Below, in pieces: positions 1 through 8,524 of a stretch of 24,000 nt of DNA. A program made the translations under genes and the position numbers. The notes under the pieces are model-generated. The model did no database searches. It had not been told where the DNA came from and was given only the letters and a program-made list of their open reading frames with translations. Source of the DNA: an uncultured Methanosarcinales archaeon. GTDB lineage: Archaea > Nanobdellota > Nanobdellia > Woesearchaeales > ARS49. The stretch lies in NCBI GenBank assembly GCA_964353335.1, contig CAYGVI010000003.1, positions 205,694 through 229,693 on the forward strand, given 5' to 3'. The number at the start of each line of letters is the position of its first letter. The first letter of the stretch is position 1.

Positions 1-76
1 CAAAACATTTGCTGCTTGACTACAATTCTTTGCGTGAAAAAGTAAGGCAGTATTCAAGGCTTATTGCTTAAACACC

Positions 77-103
77 ACAATCTTCCACTCTTCCTTTCCC
101 TGC
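77..103 (-). repeat. Relic copy of the 3' end of the THUMP-methyltransferase gene, a direct repeat of 679-705
   Basis: acaatcttccactcttcctttccctgc (77-103) matches acaatcttccactcttctttcccctgc (679-705) at 25 of 27 positions in the same orientation. On the minus strand copy A reads [15 protein letters not shown]. The real gene ends [20 protein letters not shown] stop codon 4 codons upstream of IKQG on the minus strand shows copy A is a fragment. Confidence 0.7.
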
Positions 104-117
104 TTGATACAGAAAAG

Positions 118-125
118 TATTTAAT
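118..125 (+). promoter_or_regulatory. TATA-box-like element 23 nt upstream of the ATG at 148
   Basis: tatttaat ends 23 nt before the start codon. At least 8 other genes in this window show the same spacing. Confidence 0.5.
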
Positions 126-147
126 CTCAAATTAAAACCTGCAGGAC

Positions 148-654
148 ATGCCAACAAAAGAAATGACGCTTATTGAGGCTGATGTTGAAAAAGCAGACTC
201 AAAGCTTGCACAGGCATTAAAATGGGCAAATGCAAATTTCAAGCTTGCGGAAAACGCTTTGGTTTGGATTAAAAAAGACGCCAATAATCAAGAAGCGCTT
301 ATGAGAATGAAGCCCGCAATGATGGAAATCAGAAGAATGAGCAGGCAATTATTTGTAATTGCACAGTTTTTGAAATACCAATTTGGAAAGGATATGCCTG
401 GCGGAGCGCTTTCTAATTTCATAAGGTGCTGCGGCACAGTAGAAGCACAAGACGAAGCATTACAAGAAGCGTATCAGAAAGGCGCCATGGGTGCCAAGTA
501 CCCCCAAGGGGGAATTGAATTCTGGCAAAATGTAGTCAATGCGTTGGCTGAAATCGTAACTGCAGTTACTATTTGGCAAAAGGAATTAAAAAAACCAATA
601 ATGGTTTTAGCATCCAAAAAGACAGGTTATTCCCGCCCATTGGGTCTTGATTAA
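148..654 (+). CDS. Hypothetical protein (168 aa), no recognisable domain
   Basis: The ORF starts at an ATG with a TATA-like box at -23. Its stop shares a palindromic TTAA with the stop of the convergent methyltransferase gene. It is bracketed by the 27-nt direct repeats at 77-103 and 679-705. Confidence 0.5.
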   Translation: MPTKEMTLIEADVEKADSKLAQALKWANANFKLAENALVWIKKDANNQEALMRMKPAMMEIRRMSRQLFVIAQFLKYQFGKDMPGGALSNFIRCCGTVEAQDEALQEAYQKGAMGAKYPQGGIEFWQNVVNALAEIVTAVTIWQKELKKPIMVLASKKTGYSRPLGLD

Positions 655-1709
655 TTCTCTTTAAGATTTACGAGAACGACAATCTTCCACTCTTCTTTCC
701 CCTGCATAATCGTTCGCTCGTGTTCCACAGTAAATCCTTTTGCAGCTTGCTTGTATTCCTCTGCTCCCTGGCGTAAAACCAGCCCGATTTTGCCGTCTTT
801 CTTCAATATTGTCTTTGCCCTTTCAAAGAAAAGCCCTGCGATTTTGCTGAATTTTGCAGGCGGGAAGTTTTTTGTCATCTCAACCGGCTGGGAAACAATG
901 CAGTCAATGGAATTTTTCTCAAATTTCAGGTCAAGCCAGTCAACAGATGTCCTTGAAAAGTCAATTGCCTTGACAATGCCTGCGATTTTTGCGTTCTTTC
1001 GCGTTGCCTGCACTGACGGAAACAGCTCTGAAAGCGCAATAATCGCCCCTGAACTGCTTTCCTTGATGCTTTTGTCCTGGGATTTGTAAAACTCCTCAAA
1101 GTCAAACTCCTTGAAGACTTTTGTAAATGGCATTTTGTCTTTGAAATAATGCCTGACAGGGAATTTCAGTGCATAAAACGCTGCCTCAATCGCAATGCTT
1201 CCTGCGCGGCAGTTTGGGTCAATCAGTTTTTTCTTGGAATCATAGCCAGATAATCTCATAACAGCATAAGCTGTTCCGCCCTTGAGTGTCTCAGAGCCGA
1301 CAAAAATTCTGTAATCGCGCTTTGAAATGTCGTCAGTCAGGTCAATTCCGAGCCAGTAATATTCGTTTTCAAAGTGCAGATAGAAAGGAACATCTGCGTT
1401 TTTGTACACTTTGTTTGCTTTTATGTTCTCTGCGAGCTCATTTGCCTTTGTTGTTGTCTTGCCTGAGATTGAAATCGTGCCTTTCAAATACTCAGAAGGT
1501 ATGGAAAGCTCTGGAATTTTTCCTTCACTAACCAAAAGAATAACCCTGCAAACACTTTGAGCCCTGTAGCAAACTGCGAAAATATCCTTAAGCTCTGCAT
1601 CAAACACCACACCTTCTGCTGTTTCTTTTCCAGAAGCGCCGGTAATTTCTTTTATTTCTGCAGAACAAACGTCAGTAAGCCCTGGAAATGTTAGTGCTAA
1701 GGCATTCAT
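651..1709 (-). CDS. THUMP-domain RNA methyltransferase, Trm14/RlmL-like (COG0116-type), with divergent catalytic motifs
   Basis: 352 aa. The N-terminal half has the ferredoxin-like/THUMP pattern. The central [16 protein letters not shown] corresponds to motif I (usually DPMCGSGT..EAA). The NPPY position reads VSQPV. The start overlaps the gyrA stop by 4 nt. Confidence 0.7.
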   Translation of the reverse strand: MNALALTFPGLTDVCSAEIKEITGASGKETAEGVVFDAELKDIFAVCYRAQSVCRVILLVSEGKIPELSIPSEYLKGTISISGKTTTKANELAENIKANKVYKNADVPFYLHFENEYYWLGIDLTDDISKRDYRIFVGSETLKGGTAYAVMRLSGYDSKKKLIDPNCRAGSIAIEAAFYALKFPVRHYFKDKMPFTKVFKEFDFEEFYKSQDKSIKESSSGAIIALSELFPSVQATRKNAKIAGIVKAIDFSRTSVDWLDLKFEKNSIDCIVSQPVEMTKNFPPAKFSKIAGLFFERAKTILKKDGKIGLVLRQGAEEYKQAAKGFTVEHERTIMQGKEEWKIVVLVNLKEN

Positions 1710-4171
1710 TGTGCTCCATTTCCGTTCTCCTTTTCCTGAACTACAGCAACGCTCGTGACCTTGTCCCCTTCTCCGAGCTTGATTATGCGGACTCCTTGCG
1801 TGTTCCTGCCGATTACAGAAATCTGGTTTGCTGGAACGCGTATTGCGATTCCGCTTTGCGTAATCAAAAGCAGCTGGTCATCATCTTTTACTGTCTTTAT
1901 TGTGACTGCCTTGCCGTTTTTGTCAGTGACTTTGATGTTTATGACTCCGACTCCGCCGCGCCTTATCGTGCTGTATTCCTCAAATGCGCTTCTCTTTCCG
2001 TAGCCGAGCTCTGTAACAGTCAAAAGTGTCTTGTCTTTCTGCGCCAAAACAGCTCCGATGACTTCGTCTTTCTCCCTCAACCTGATTCCAATGACTCCCT
2101 GCGCTGTCCTGCCCATTGGCCTGACGTCGCTTTCATTGAATCTTATGGCGTTTCCATCATTTGTCGCGATAATAATGTCCTGCTTTGAGTCCGTCAGGTC
2201 AACAGCCATAAGCTCGTCGCCTTCTGTGAGTGTTACTGCAATAATTCCGCCTTTGCGCGGGTTTGCGAATTCTGAAAGCGGTGTTTTCTTCACAGTTCCC
2301 TGCTTTGTGACAAGGAACAAGTACTGGTCTTCCTTGAATTCCTTTACTGGAATGCTTGTTGCGACTTTTTCACCCTGCGCAAGCTCTAACAAATTGACAA
2401 TCGCTGTTCCTTTTGCATATCTTCCTGCTTCTGGAATCTGGTAGACCTTGAGCCAGTGCACTTTGCCAAGGTTCGTAAACAATAAGAGTGAATCGTGCGT
2501 GTTTGCAATGAACAAGTCTTCGACAAAGTCTTCTTCCTTTGTTTCTGCAGCAATAACACCCTTTCCGCCCCTTCTCTGCGCCTGGTATGTGTCAACAGTT
2601 AATCTCTTGACATATCCTGCGTGGGTCATTGTAACAACCATGTCTTCTGGCTTGATCAAGTGCTCTTCCTCAATCGCAGAAGCTTCTGTCTGTATGACCT
2701 GTGTCCTTCTGTCGTCGCCATAGCCCTTTGCGAGCTCGAGCATTTCGTCCTTGATGATATTGAGAATCTTTTGGGCGTCTGCGAGTATGCTCTTGAGCTC
2801 TATAATCAGTTTCAGCAGTCCTGCGTGATCTTCTTTTATCTTGTTCTGCTCAAGAGATGTCAGGCGTGACAAGCGCATCTCAAGTATTGCCTGGGCCTGA
2901 ATTTCAGTGAGCTTGTAGTCTGCCACCAGTCCTGCTTTCGCAGTTGCAGCGTCCTTGCTCTTTTTCAAAAACGCAATAATCGAGTCAATGTTGTTCAGCG
3001 CAATAATGAGTCCTTCCAAAATATGCGCTTTCTGTTCTGCCTCTTTCAGGTCAAATGCAGTGCGCTTCCTTACAACTTCCTGCCTGTGCAAAACAAACTT
3101 CTCAATCAATGACTTCAACGGAAGGACCATTGGCTCATTGTCAGAAAGCGCCAGCATTATTATTCCAAAAGTGGTCTGCAAGCGGGAGTGCTGGAACAAT
3201 TGGTTCAGCACAACATCAGAATTCGCGCCTGTCTTTAATTCAATAACAATGCGCATTCCCTCCCTGTCTGATTCATCCCTTAAGTCTGAAATTCCCTGTA
3301 TTTTCTTGTCCTTGACGCGTTCTGCGATTTCCTCAATCAGCAGGGCCTTGTTGACCTGGTAAGGTATTTCAGAAACAATAATTCTTTGCCTGTTCTTGAA
3401 GTCTTCAATGCTTGTCCTTGCCCTGATTATGATTTTTCCGCGTCCTGTGGAATACGCATCCCTGATTCCTGAGGTTCCCATTATTATTCCGCCTGTTGGG
3501 AAATCAGGGGCAGGTATGTTGAGCATTAAATCCTGCACAGTGCATGTTGGATGGTCGATAAAGTGCGCAACAGCGCCGCAGACCTCTTTCAGGTTGTGAG
3601 GCGGTATGTTTGTCGCCATTCCGACTGCGATGCCTGCTGAGCCATTAACAAGCAAATTCGGCACTTTGCTTGGCAAAACAGAGGGCTCTTTCAGTGAGTT
3701 ATCATAGTTTGGCACAAAGTCAACTGTTTCCTTGTCTATGTCCTGCAGGATTTCCTCTGCTATTTTCTTCAAGCGTGCTTCTGTGTAACGCATTGCAGCT
3801 GCATTATCCCCGTCAACGCTACCAAAATTGCCTTGCCCGTCAACAAGAATATACCTGAGTGAGAAATCCTGAGCCATTCTTACGAGCGTGTCATAGATTG
3901 CTGCGTCGCCGTGCGGGTGGTATTTACCCATCACGTCTCCCACAATGCGCGCGCACTTCTTGAACGGCTTATTGTGGAGCATTCCCATTTCATACATTCC
4001 GAAAAGAACACGCCTGTGAACTGGCTTCAATCCATCACGCACATCAGGAAGAGCACGTCCGACAATAACTGACATGGAATAATCTAGGTAAGACTTCTTC
4101 ATCTCATCTTCAATCACGCGGACAACAATCTTGTTTGCCGGTGTTTTGACTGCTTCGCTACCTTCCACCAT
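1706..4171 (-). CDS. gyrA: DNA gyrase subunit A
   Basis: 821 aa. It has the active-site motif [10 protein letters not shown] (catalytic Tyr) and the GyrA box QRRGGKG, which distinguishes gyrase from ParC. The C-terminal region has repeated beta-pinwheel blades ([21 protein letters not shown]). Confidence 0.97.
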   Translation of the reverse strand: MVEGSEAVKTPANKIVVRVIEDEMKKSYLDYSMSVIVGRALPDVRDGLKPVHRRVLFGMYEMGMLHNKPFKKCARIVGDVMGKYHPHGDAAIYDTLVRMAQDFSLRYILVDGQGNFGSVDGDNAAAMRYTEARLKKIAEEILQDIDKETVDFVPNYDNSLKEPSVLPSKVPNLLVNGSAGIAVGMATNIPPHNLKEVCGAVAHFIDHPTCTVQDLMLNIPAPDFPTGGIIMGTSGIRDAYSTGRGKIIIRARTSIEDFKNRQRIIVSEIPYQVNKALLIEEIAERVKDKKIQGISDLRDESDREGMRIVIELKTGANSDVVLNQLFQHSRLQTTFGIIMLALSDNEPMVLPLKSLIEKFVLHRQEVVRKRTAFDLKEAEQKAHILEGLIIALNNIDSIIAFLKKSKDAATAKAGLVADYKLTEIQAQAILEMRLSRLTSLEQNKIKEDHAGLLKLIIELKSILADAQKILNIIKDEMLELAKGYGDDRRTQVIQTEASAIEEEHLIKPEDMVVTMTHAGYVKRLTVDTYQAQRRGGKGVIAAETKEEDFVEDLFIANTHDSLLLFTNLGKVHWLKVYQIPEAGRYAKGTAIVNLLELAQGEKVATSIPVKEFKEDQYLFLVTKQGTVKKTPLSEFANPRKGGIIAVTLTEGDELMAVDLTDSKQDIIIATNDGNAIRFNESDVRPMGRTAQGVIGIRLREKDEVIGAVLAQKDKTLLTVTELGYGKRSAFEEYSTIRRGGVGVINIKVTDKNGKAVTIKTVKDDDQLLLITQSGIAIRVPANQISVIGRNTQGVRIIKLGEGDKVTSVAVVQEKENGNGAQ

Positions 4172-4175
4172 TTTA

Positions 4176-4205
4176 TTCGTCGAGAAACTCCCCTTTTCTC
4201 GTCGA
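4176..4205 (-). promoter_or_regulatory. Imperfect hairpin in the gyrA 5' leader with a purine-rich SD-like loop
   Basis: The arms are ttcgtcgagaaa (4176-4187) and tttctcgtcga (4195-4205), inverted with one central mismatch. On the mRNA strand the loop contains GGGGAG. The hairpin sits immediately upstream of the ATG at 4171. Confidence 0.35.
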
Positions 4206-4306
4206 TAAAACAGAATTAACCGTGCTTTATAAGCCTTTCCTTTCTAAAACGCACTTATACTGCGTATAAACCCTGTTTTCGCCCCTTTTGGCTCGACGAA
4301 GAAAGC

Positions 4307-5002
4307 TTATTTTTTCATGTAATGCTTCTTTTTCTGCTCAGATAACCGTTCAATCGAATACCTTAGCATTGTTCTTGGCATGTCTGGAGCGTTTCTGTCA
4401 AGGAATTTTAATTCTGCTTCAAGGTTTCTCTTGCCGACTTCGCGGAGCATCCATCCTGCTGCCTTGTGCATAAGGTCGTGTTCGTCTTGAAGGAGCATTT
4501 CAGATATTTTCAAGGTGTGCTCAAAGTGTTGCCGCGCGATAAAAGCAGCTGTTGAAATAATCGCAATCCTTCTTTCCCAGATATTTGAAGACTTTGCGAG
4601 CTTGTAAAGCACTGAAACATCCTTGTCAAGCAAATAATCGCCAAGTATCTTGTGCGAACTCAGGTCAACAAGGTCCCAGTTGTTGATGTGCTTTGTATTT
4701 GCAAGATAAAAATCAACTATTTTCTTTCTCTCAGAAGGATTTTTCTTGTATTTCTCAATCAAAATCAGCAATGCAGTGAGCCGATGTTCATGTATTTTGC
4801 TGGAAAGCAGTTTTTGCAGTTCAGAAAGCGGCAAATGAGCATATTTCTTTGCCACAGCGCGCTGATCAGGAACAATAACGCCGATAAAAACATCGCCTTC
4901 GCCATATTCTCCCTTGCCTGTTTTGAAAAATCCAGATAACAACTTGGCTTTAGCAGGGCTGCTTTTTTCTTCCAAGTCCTTTTTCAGCGAATTGAGGCTC
5001 AT
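4307..5002 (-). CDS. DNA alkylation repair protein, AlkD-like HEAT-repeat family
   Basis: 231 aa. The family-typical features are the N-terminus (KAKLLSGFFKTGKGEYGEGDVFIGV.VPDQR), NNWDLVD, IWERRIAI and AAGWMLREVGK. Confidence 0.8.
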   Translation of the reverse strand: MSLNSLKKDLEEKSSPAKAKLLSGFFKTGKGEYGEGDVFIGVIVPDQRAVAKKYAHLPLSELQKLLSSKIHEHRLTALLILIEKYKKNPSERKKIVDFYLANTKHINNWDLVDLSSHKILGDYLLDKDVSVLYKLAKSSNIWERRIAIISTAAFIARQHFEHTLKISEMLLQDEHDLMHKAAGWMLREVGKRNLEAELKFLDRNAPDMPRTMLRYSIERLSEQKKKHYMKK

Positions 5003-5007
5003 AAAAA

Positions 5008-5157
5008 TCAGAACAACTGTTTTACAATGCTGTTTTTAACGCGGTAATTTTTCCCGCAGTAAACACATCTCTTGATTTTATTTGTGAGTATGCTGTCGCG
5101 GGCCTCATACTTCATGTGGTGTCCGCACTTTGGGCATTTTAATTCGAATCTTAGCAT
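5008..5157 (-). CDS. Small C4 zinc-ribbon protein (49 aa)
   Basis: MLRFELKCPKCGHH...RCVYCGKNY has two CxxC pairs. The ATG at 5157 lies 1 nt after the ScpB stop codon (5159-5161). The longer 110-aa form in the ORF track is a K-rich out-of-frame overlap with the ScpB tail and was not used. Confidence 0.55.
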   Translation of the reverse strand: MLRFELKCPKCGHHMKYEARDSILTNKIKRCVYCGKNYRVKNSIVKQLF

Positions 5158-5158
5158 T

Positions 5159-6496
5159 TTAGTGGTGCTTGTGCTTTTTTGCTTTTGTTTCTGGCGCTGG
5201 AGCTTCGTGCTCTTCAGCTGTTTCTTCTTCAGCAACCTCTTCTTCAGGCTCTTTCTCAGCAGGCTCTTCTGAAGCTTCTTTCTCTTCAGCAGCTTCTTCA
5301 GCAGGTGTTTCGTCCTCTGGATTTTCTGCCTCAGACTCAACTTCTTTCACAGCTTCTTCTTCCTCAGGTGTTTCACTAGGATTTTCTTCCTCTGATTTCA
5401 CTTCCTCTTCAGCCTCAGAAGCAGTTTCCTCTTCCTCGGTCATTGGCTTTGGCGCGGGAATAATATCAGGAAGTCCCATTTCTGCGTTTTCATCGACAGC
5501 TTCCTCATGCGTCTCGCCGGATGTAATCTCTGCAACGCGGTGCTCTATTTTTTCCTGCAATTCCGGCGGCACTCCGCCAGGAAACATCCCTTTTGAAGTG
5601 TATTCTGTCTTGCGGGGCTTTTCCTTTGCTGCCTCGCGCTTGATTTTTTCAACAGTGAGCTTGCCTTCTTCTTCCATTTCTGCTGTTTCTTCCTCTGTCG
5701 CTCCAGTTTCAATTCCTGCCTCGCCGAGAATCTTTTGCGCAAGTGCTTCTGCTGCTTCCTCAGGCGTCTTTGGCTCCTCTTCCTCCTTGTGCTTCTTGTG
5801 CTTGTGCTTTTTCTTTGGCTTTGGCGCCTCGCCATATGTCTGAAGCTCTCCGACTTTGCCGCCGATAACTTCAATTTCAGGCGCTAATTTTGGCAGTTCG
5901 TCAGTAAACACTTCAACTTTCGGAGTATTGTCATGCGCAGCGACAAAAATTGCCTGCTGTGTCTGTTCAATTGCAGTTTCTTTTTCCTCAATTGCCTTTT
6001 CAAGCGCTGCAACATTGTGGAACTTCTCTTTCAGCTTGTCAGGAGGAACATCAAAGTAGTCAAAGAATTTTGGAGTCAATTTTATCAGCCTGCTTCTTCC
6101 TTTTTTCTCCCTTGTAAGATAACCCATTTCCTCAAGCTCTTCCAGATGGCGATACGCCTTATTCGTCCTTATCTTAATCACATGGCTCTGCATTACTGGA
6201 GCCTTGTAAGCAACAACAGCGAGTGTTTCCATTATGCTCTTTGGAAGTTCAGGCGTTTTCACAACTTTTTTGACCATTGAAATGTATTTTTCCCTCACTG
6301 TGAGCTTGTAAGCCTCTCCTTCCTGCACAAGCATCAGCGAGCTTTGCTTGTCGTCAAGCTCCTGCTTTAGAATCTCAACCGCAGCCTTAACCGCGTCAAG
6401 GTTTTCCTCCTTGCATAATCTTCCGAGCTCTTCGAGTGTGAGCCTTTTGCCTGCGGAAAACAGCAGGGATTCAACCTGGTTTTTTAGTTCGCTCAT
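5159..6496 (-). CDS. scpB: Segregation and condensation protein B (ScpB) with a roughly 280-aa acidic low-complexity C-terminal extension
   Basis: The N-terminal ~165 aa match the double winged-helix ScpB pattern (VESLLFSAG, METLAVVAYKAPV..S.V..IR, GRSRL.KLT.KFFDYF). The remainder is Glu-rich with two Lys/His patches (KKKHKHKKHK and the C-terminal KAKKHKHH). Confidence 0.88.
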   Translation of the reverse strand: MSELKNQVESLLFSAGKRLTLEELGRLCKEENLDAVKAAVEILKQELDDKQSSLMLVQEGEAYKLTVREKYISMVKKVVKTPELPKSIMETLAVVAYKAPVMQSHVIKIRTNKAYRHLEELEEMGYLTREKKGRSRLIKLTPKFFDYFDVPPDKLKEKFHNVAALEKAIEEKETAIEQTQQAIFVAAHDNTPKVEVFTDELPKLAPEIEVIGGKVGELQTYGEAPKPKKKHKHKKHKEEEEPKTPEEAAEALAQKILGEAGIETGATEEETAEMEEEGKLTVEKIKREAAKEKPRKTEYTSKGMFPGGVPPELQEKIEHRVAEITSGETHEEAVDENAEMGLPDIIPAPKPMTEEEETASEAEEEVKSEEENPSETPEEEEAVKEVESEAENPEDETPAEEAAEEKEASEEPAEKEPEEEVAEEETAEEHEAPAPETKAKKHKHH

Positions 6497-7047
6497 ACAG
6501 GTAGGTAATTATCGCCTTCTTTTTTCAGCTTTTTGTCCTCAACAAGCTTTGCGAGGAACGGAATCAGCTTGCTCGGGTGCACTCCTATGAAATGTGACAT
6601 CTCGCCTGTTGTCTTGTGGCCTTTCTCCACGAGCGTGACAAGGAACCTTCTGAATATGTTTGTTGCGTTTGCGTCAAGCACCTGCTGTGTCATCTTGTTT
6701 GTCTTCACGATTGCATCTGCCTCGTGCAGTCTTGCCTGCAAATCATTAAGGAAGCCGTTTAATTTGTTCAGCGGTATTGAAAGCTCACCTGGCTCGACAA
6801 CCTCTACAGAGCTTGGCATGCTGTCAAAGCAGAAGTCAAGCAGTGCAGAGAGGTCCTTGAAGCGCATTTCAAGCTCTGCGTAAACTGAGAATATCGTTTC
6901 AGCAGGCTCAGCTTCTGCTATTTCTGCTTTTACAACAGTCTCTTCCTTCCTGAGCTTTTCCACATAGCTCTTCATCGTCTGCTCGATGTACTCCTTTGGC
7001 GCACCGAGCATCTCGATTATTACTCGTGCGAGAACCGTATCTCCCAT
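6493..7047 (-). CDS. Hypothetical protein (184 aa) with a probable C-terminal winged-helix domain, in the position upstream of scpB
   Basis: It overlaps the scpB start by 4 nt. The C-terminal FLVTLVEKGHKTTGEMSHFIGVHPSKLIPFLAKLVEDKKLKKEGDNY looks like a wHTH. I saw no recognisable ScpA N-terminal motif. Confidence 0.6.
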   Translation of the reverse strand: MGDTVLARVIIEMLGAPKEYIEQTMKSYVEKLRKEETVVKAEIAEAEPAETIFSVYAELEMRFKDLSALLDFCFDSMPSSVEVVEPGELSIPLNKLNGFLNDLQARLHEADAIVKTNKMTQQVLDANATNIFRRFLVTLVEKGHKTTGEMSHFIGVHPSKLIPFLAKLVEDKKLKKEGDNYLPV

Positions 7048-7070
7048 AACCTATTCCAGCACTTGGTGTC

Positions 7071-7079
7071 TATTTATAA
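7071..7079 (-). promoter_or_regulatory. TATA box (ttataaata on the minus strand) 24 nt upstream of the start at 7047
   Basis: The spacing fits the leaderless pattern seen elsewhere in the window. The element overlaps the stop codon of the upstream gene. Confidence 0.5.
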
Positions 7080-7553
7080 CTTTTGCTCATTAAGTTTTTG
7101 CCCAAGCGCAGATTCCAGGTTGCAAACGATGTACGGCTTGTGCTCTTCAAATGCCAAGTCATACGCTTCCTTTGCTGCCCTGTGGTTTCCAATGTCCAAT
7201 GACCAGAGGTATGCATTCTTTGCTGTCTGCTGCGGCTCAAGTGCGTTTTTCGCGCTCAGCACCCAGAATACAGGCATGGCAAGCCTGTGAGTCTCAGGCG
7301 TGTCAGGAAGCCCTGCTGAAACAAGGCATTCTGAAAGCGCCTTGATGACATCAGGGTTTCCTTTCACAGACCCGTTTCCAATTGTGCCTGCAGTTGTGCT
7401 GTAGTCCAGGTTTGGCACCTGCTGATAAAGCAAGCCCCAAATCTGTTGAGCCTGGGCTTCAACTGGCTCGCCTTTTGCGCGCCTGCTCAAAGCCTCACTG
7501 ACAACAGTTTCTATAGAAGCAGCCTCTGGTCTTGCGGCTGTAGTTGTCTCCAT
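7074..7553 (-). CDS. Hypothetical protein (159 aa)
   Basis: An uninterrupted ORF with composition similar to its neighbours. No recognisable motif. Confidence 0.45.
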   Translation of the reverse strand: METTTAARPEAASIETVVSEALSRRAKGEPVEAQAQQIWGLLYQQVPNLDYSTTAGTIGNGSVKGNPDVIKALSECLVSAGLPDTPETHRLAMPVFWVLSAKNALEPQQTAKNAYLWSLDIGNHRAAKEAYDLAFEEHKPYIVCNLESALGQKLNEQKL

Positions 7554-7673
7554 CTCAGAAGTTCCTTACGGATACCCTCAAGTATTAAAGCATTATTGTG
7601 ATGCAAAATAGGTTTTGTTACCATTCCGCAATACTCATAAAAGTTTATGAAGGCGTATTGAGAGCATCACCAT

Positions 7674-8288
7674 TTGGGTGTGGGTACAATGTTCGGATTT
7701 GGTAAAAAGAAACAACCATCGCTTCCTGAACTGCCACCGCCTCCTTCTCCGCCTGCATTCCCCGCGCCTGAGGGAGACATTCCCAGCATAAGGCCTTCTG
7801 AGGAAATGCTGGCTGCTCCGTCATTTGAGCCGTCGGAAGAACAGCCAATTGAGCTTCCTGAAGCTCCTGCTCCTGAAATGCCTGAGTTCCCTGAACCAGG
7901 TCAACTGCAGCAGGAAATGCCTGCTGAAATGGAAGAGCTTCCAAAATTTGCAAAGTTTGAACCTGACACAGGCCATGTTGAGCCGCTTGTTCCCGAAGAG
8001 CAGCCAATGGAAATCCCAGAGGAAGCGCCTTCATATGAAGCTCCTGAGCGTGAAACAATTCGCAGGCCAATCGGTCCTGCGTTTATCGCTGTCGACGAAT
8101 ACCGCAGCATAATGGACCATTCGGACAGGGTGCGCTCAAAGCTGGCAGAGGCAGAGGAATTCGTGCACCGCCTTTCAGAAATCAAGGCAGATGAGGAAAA
8201 GGCGTTTGACAAGTGGCGCTCCCAGCTCGAGGATATTGAGCGAAAGCTCGGACAGATTGATAGGGTTATTGCAAAGGCTAAAAGGTGA
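7674..8288 (+). CDS. Pro/Glu-rich protein with a C-terminal coiled-coil module (first of three coupled genes)
   Basis: The TTG at 7674 lies 24 nt after a tttatga element. An in-frame ATG at 7689 would give MFGFGKKK. About 115 aa of PE-rich spacer precede FIAVDEYRSIMD...VRSKL...EIK...W...DIERKL, which is paralogous to the next ORF. Confidence 0.6.
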   Translation: MGVGTMFGFGKKKQPSLPELPPPPSPPAFPAPEGDIPSIRPSEEMLAAPSFEPSEEQPIELPEAPAPEMPEFPEPGQLQQEMPAEMEELPKFAKFEPDTGHVEPLVPEEQPMEIPEEAPSYEAPERETIRRPIGPAFIAVDEYRSIMDHSDRVRSKLAEAEEFVHRLSEIKADEEKAFDKWRSQLEDIERKLGQIDRVIAKAKR

Positions 8289-8524
8289 TTATGATGGATG
8301 ATCAAAGGGCACCGGTGTTTGTAAAAGTGGATGAGTACAAGTCAATTCTTGACCTTCTTGATACAGTAAGGCAGCGCCTTTCACAGGCAAAGGAATTGCT
8401 TGCACGGGTCAATGAGCTAAAACAGCAGGAAGACCAGCAGATTGAATCCTGGGCTCGCGACATTGATGATGTCGAGGAAAGGCTTTCATCTATTTCCAAA
8501 TCACTTCTGGAACCTCAGGCATGA
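8285..8524 (+). CDS. Small coiled-coil protein (second of three), paralogous to the C-terminus of 7674-8288
   Basis: VFVKVDEYKSILD...VRQRL...ELK...W...DVEERL. The GTG at 8285 overlaps the upstream stop. Alternative ATGs at 8291 and 8294 follow an aggtga SD-like site. Confidence 0.6.
   Translation: MIMMDDQRAPVFVKVDEYKSILDLLDTVRQRLSQAKELLARVNELKQQEDQQIESWARDIDDVEERLSSISKSLLEPQA

Noticed and set aside
5158-5340. The N-terminal Lys-rich extension of the 110-aa ORF 5008-5340
   Set aside because: It is out of frame with and overlaps the ScpB tail. The zinc-ribbon domain begins at an internal ATG placed 1 nt after the ScpB stop codon, so only 5008-5157 is called.
5169-5843. A 224-aa Ser-rich ORF on the plus strand
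   Set aside because: It is the antisense reading of the GAA/GAG-rich ScpB tail (TTC/CTC read in another frame gives Ser/Phe runs). It has low complexity, no start context, and is fully nested in a well-supported gene.
5160-5900. A possible CRISPR-like or tandem DNA repeat in the periodic GAA/CTT-rich region
   Set aside because: The periodicity is codon-level low complexity within the ScpB acidic tail. There are no unit-length direct repeats separated by unique spacers. No CRISPR array is present anywhere in the window.
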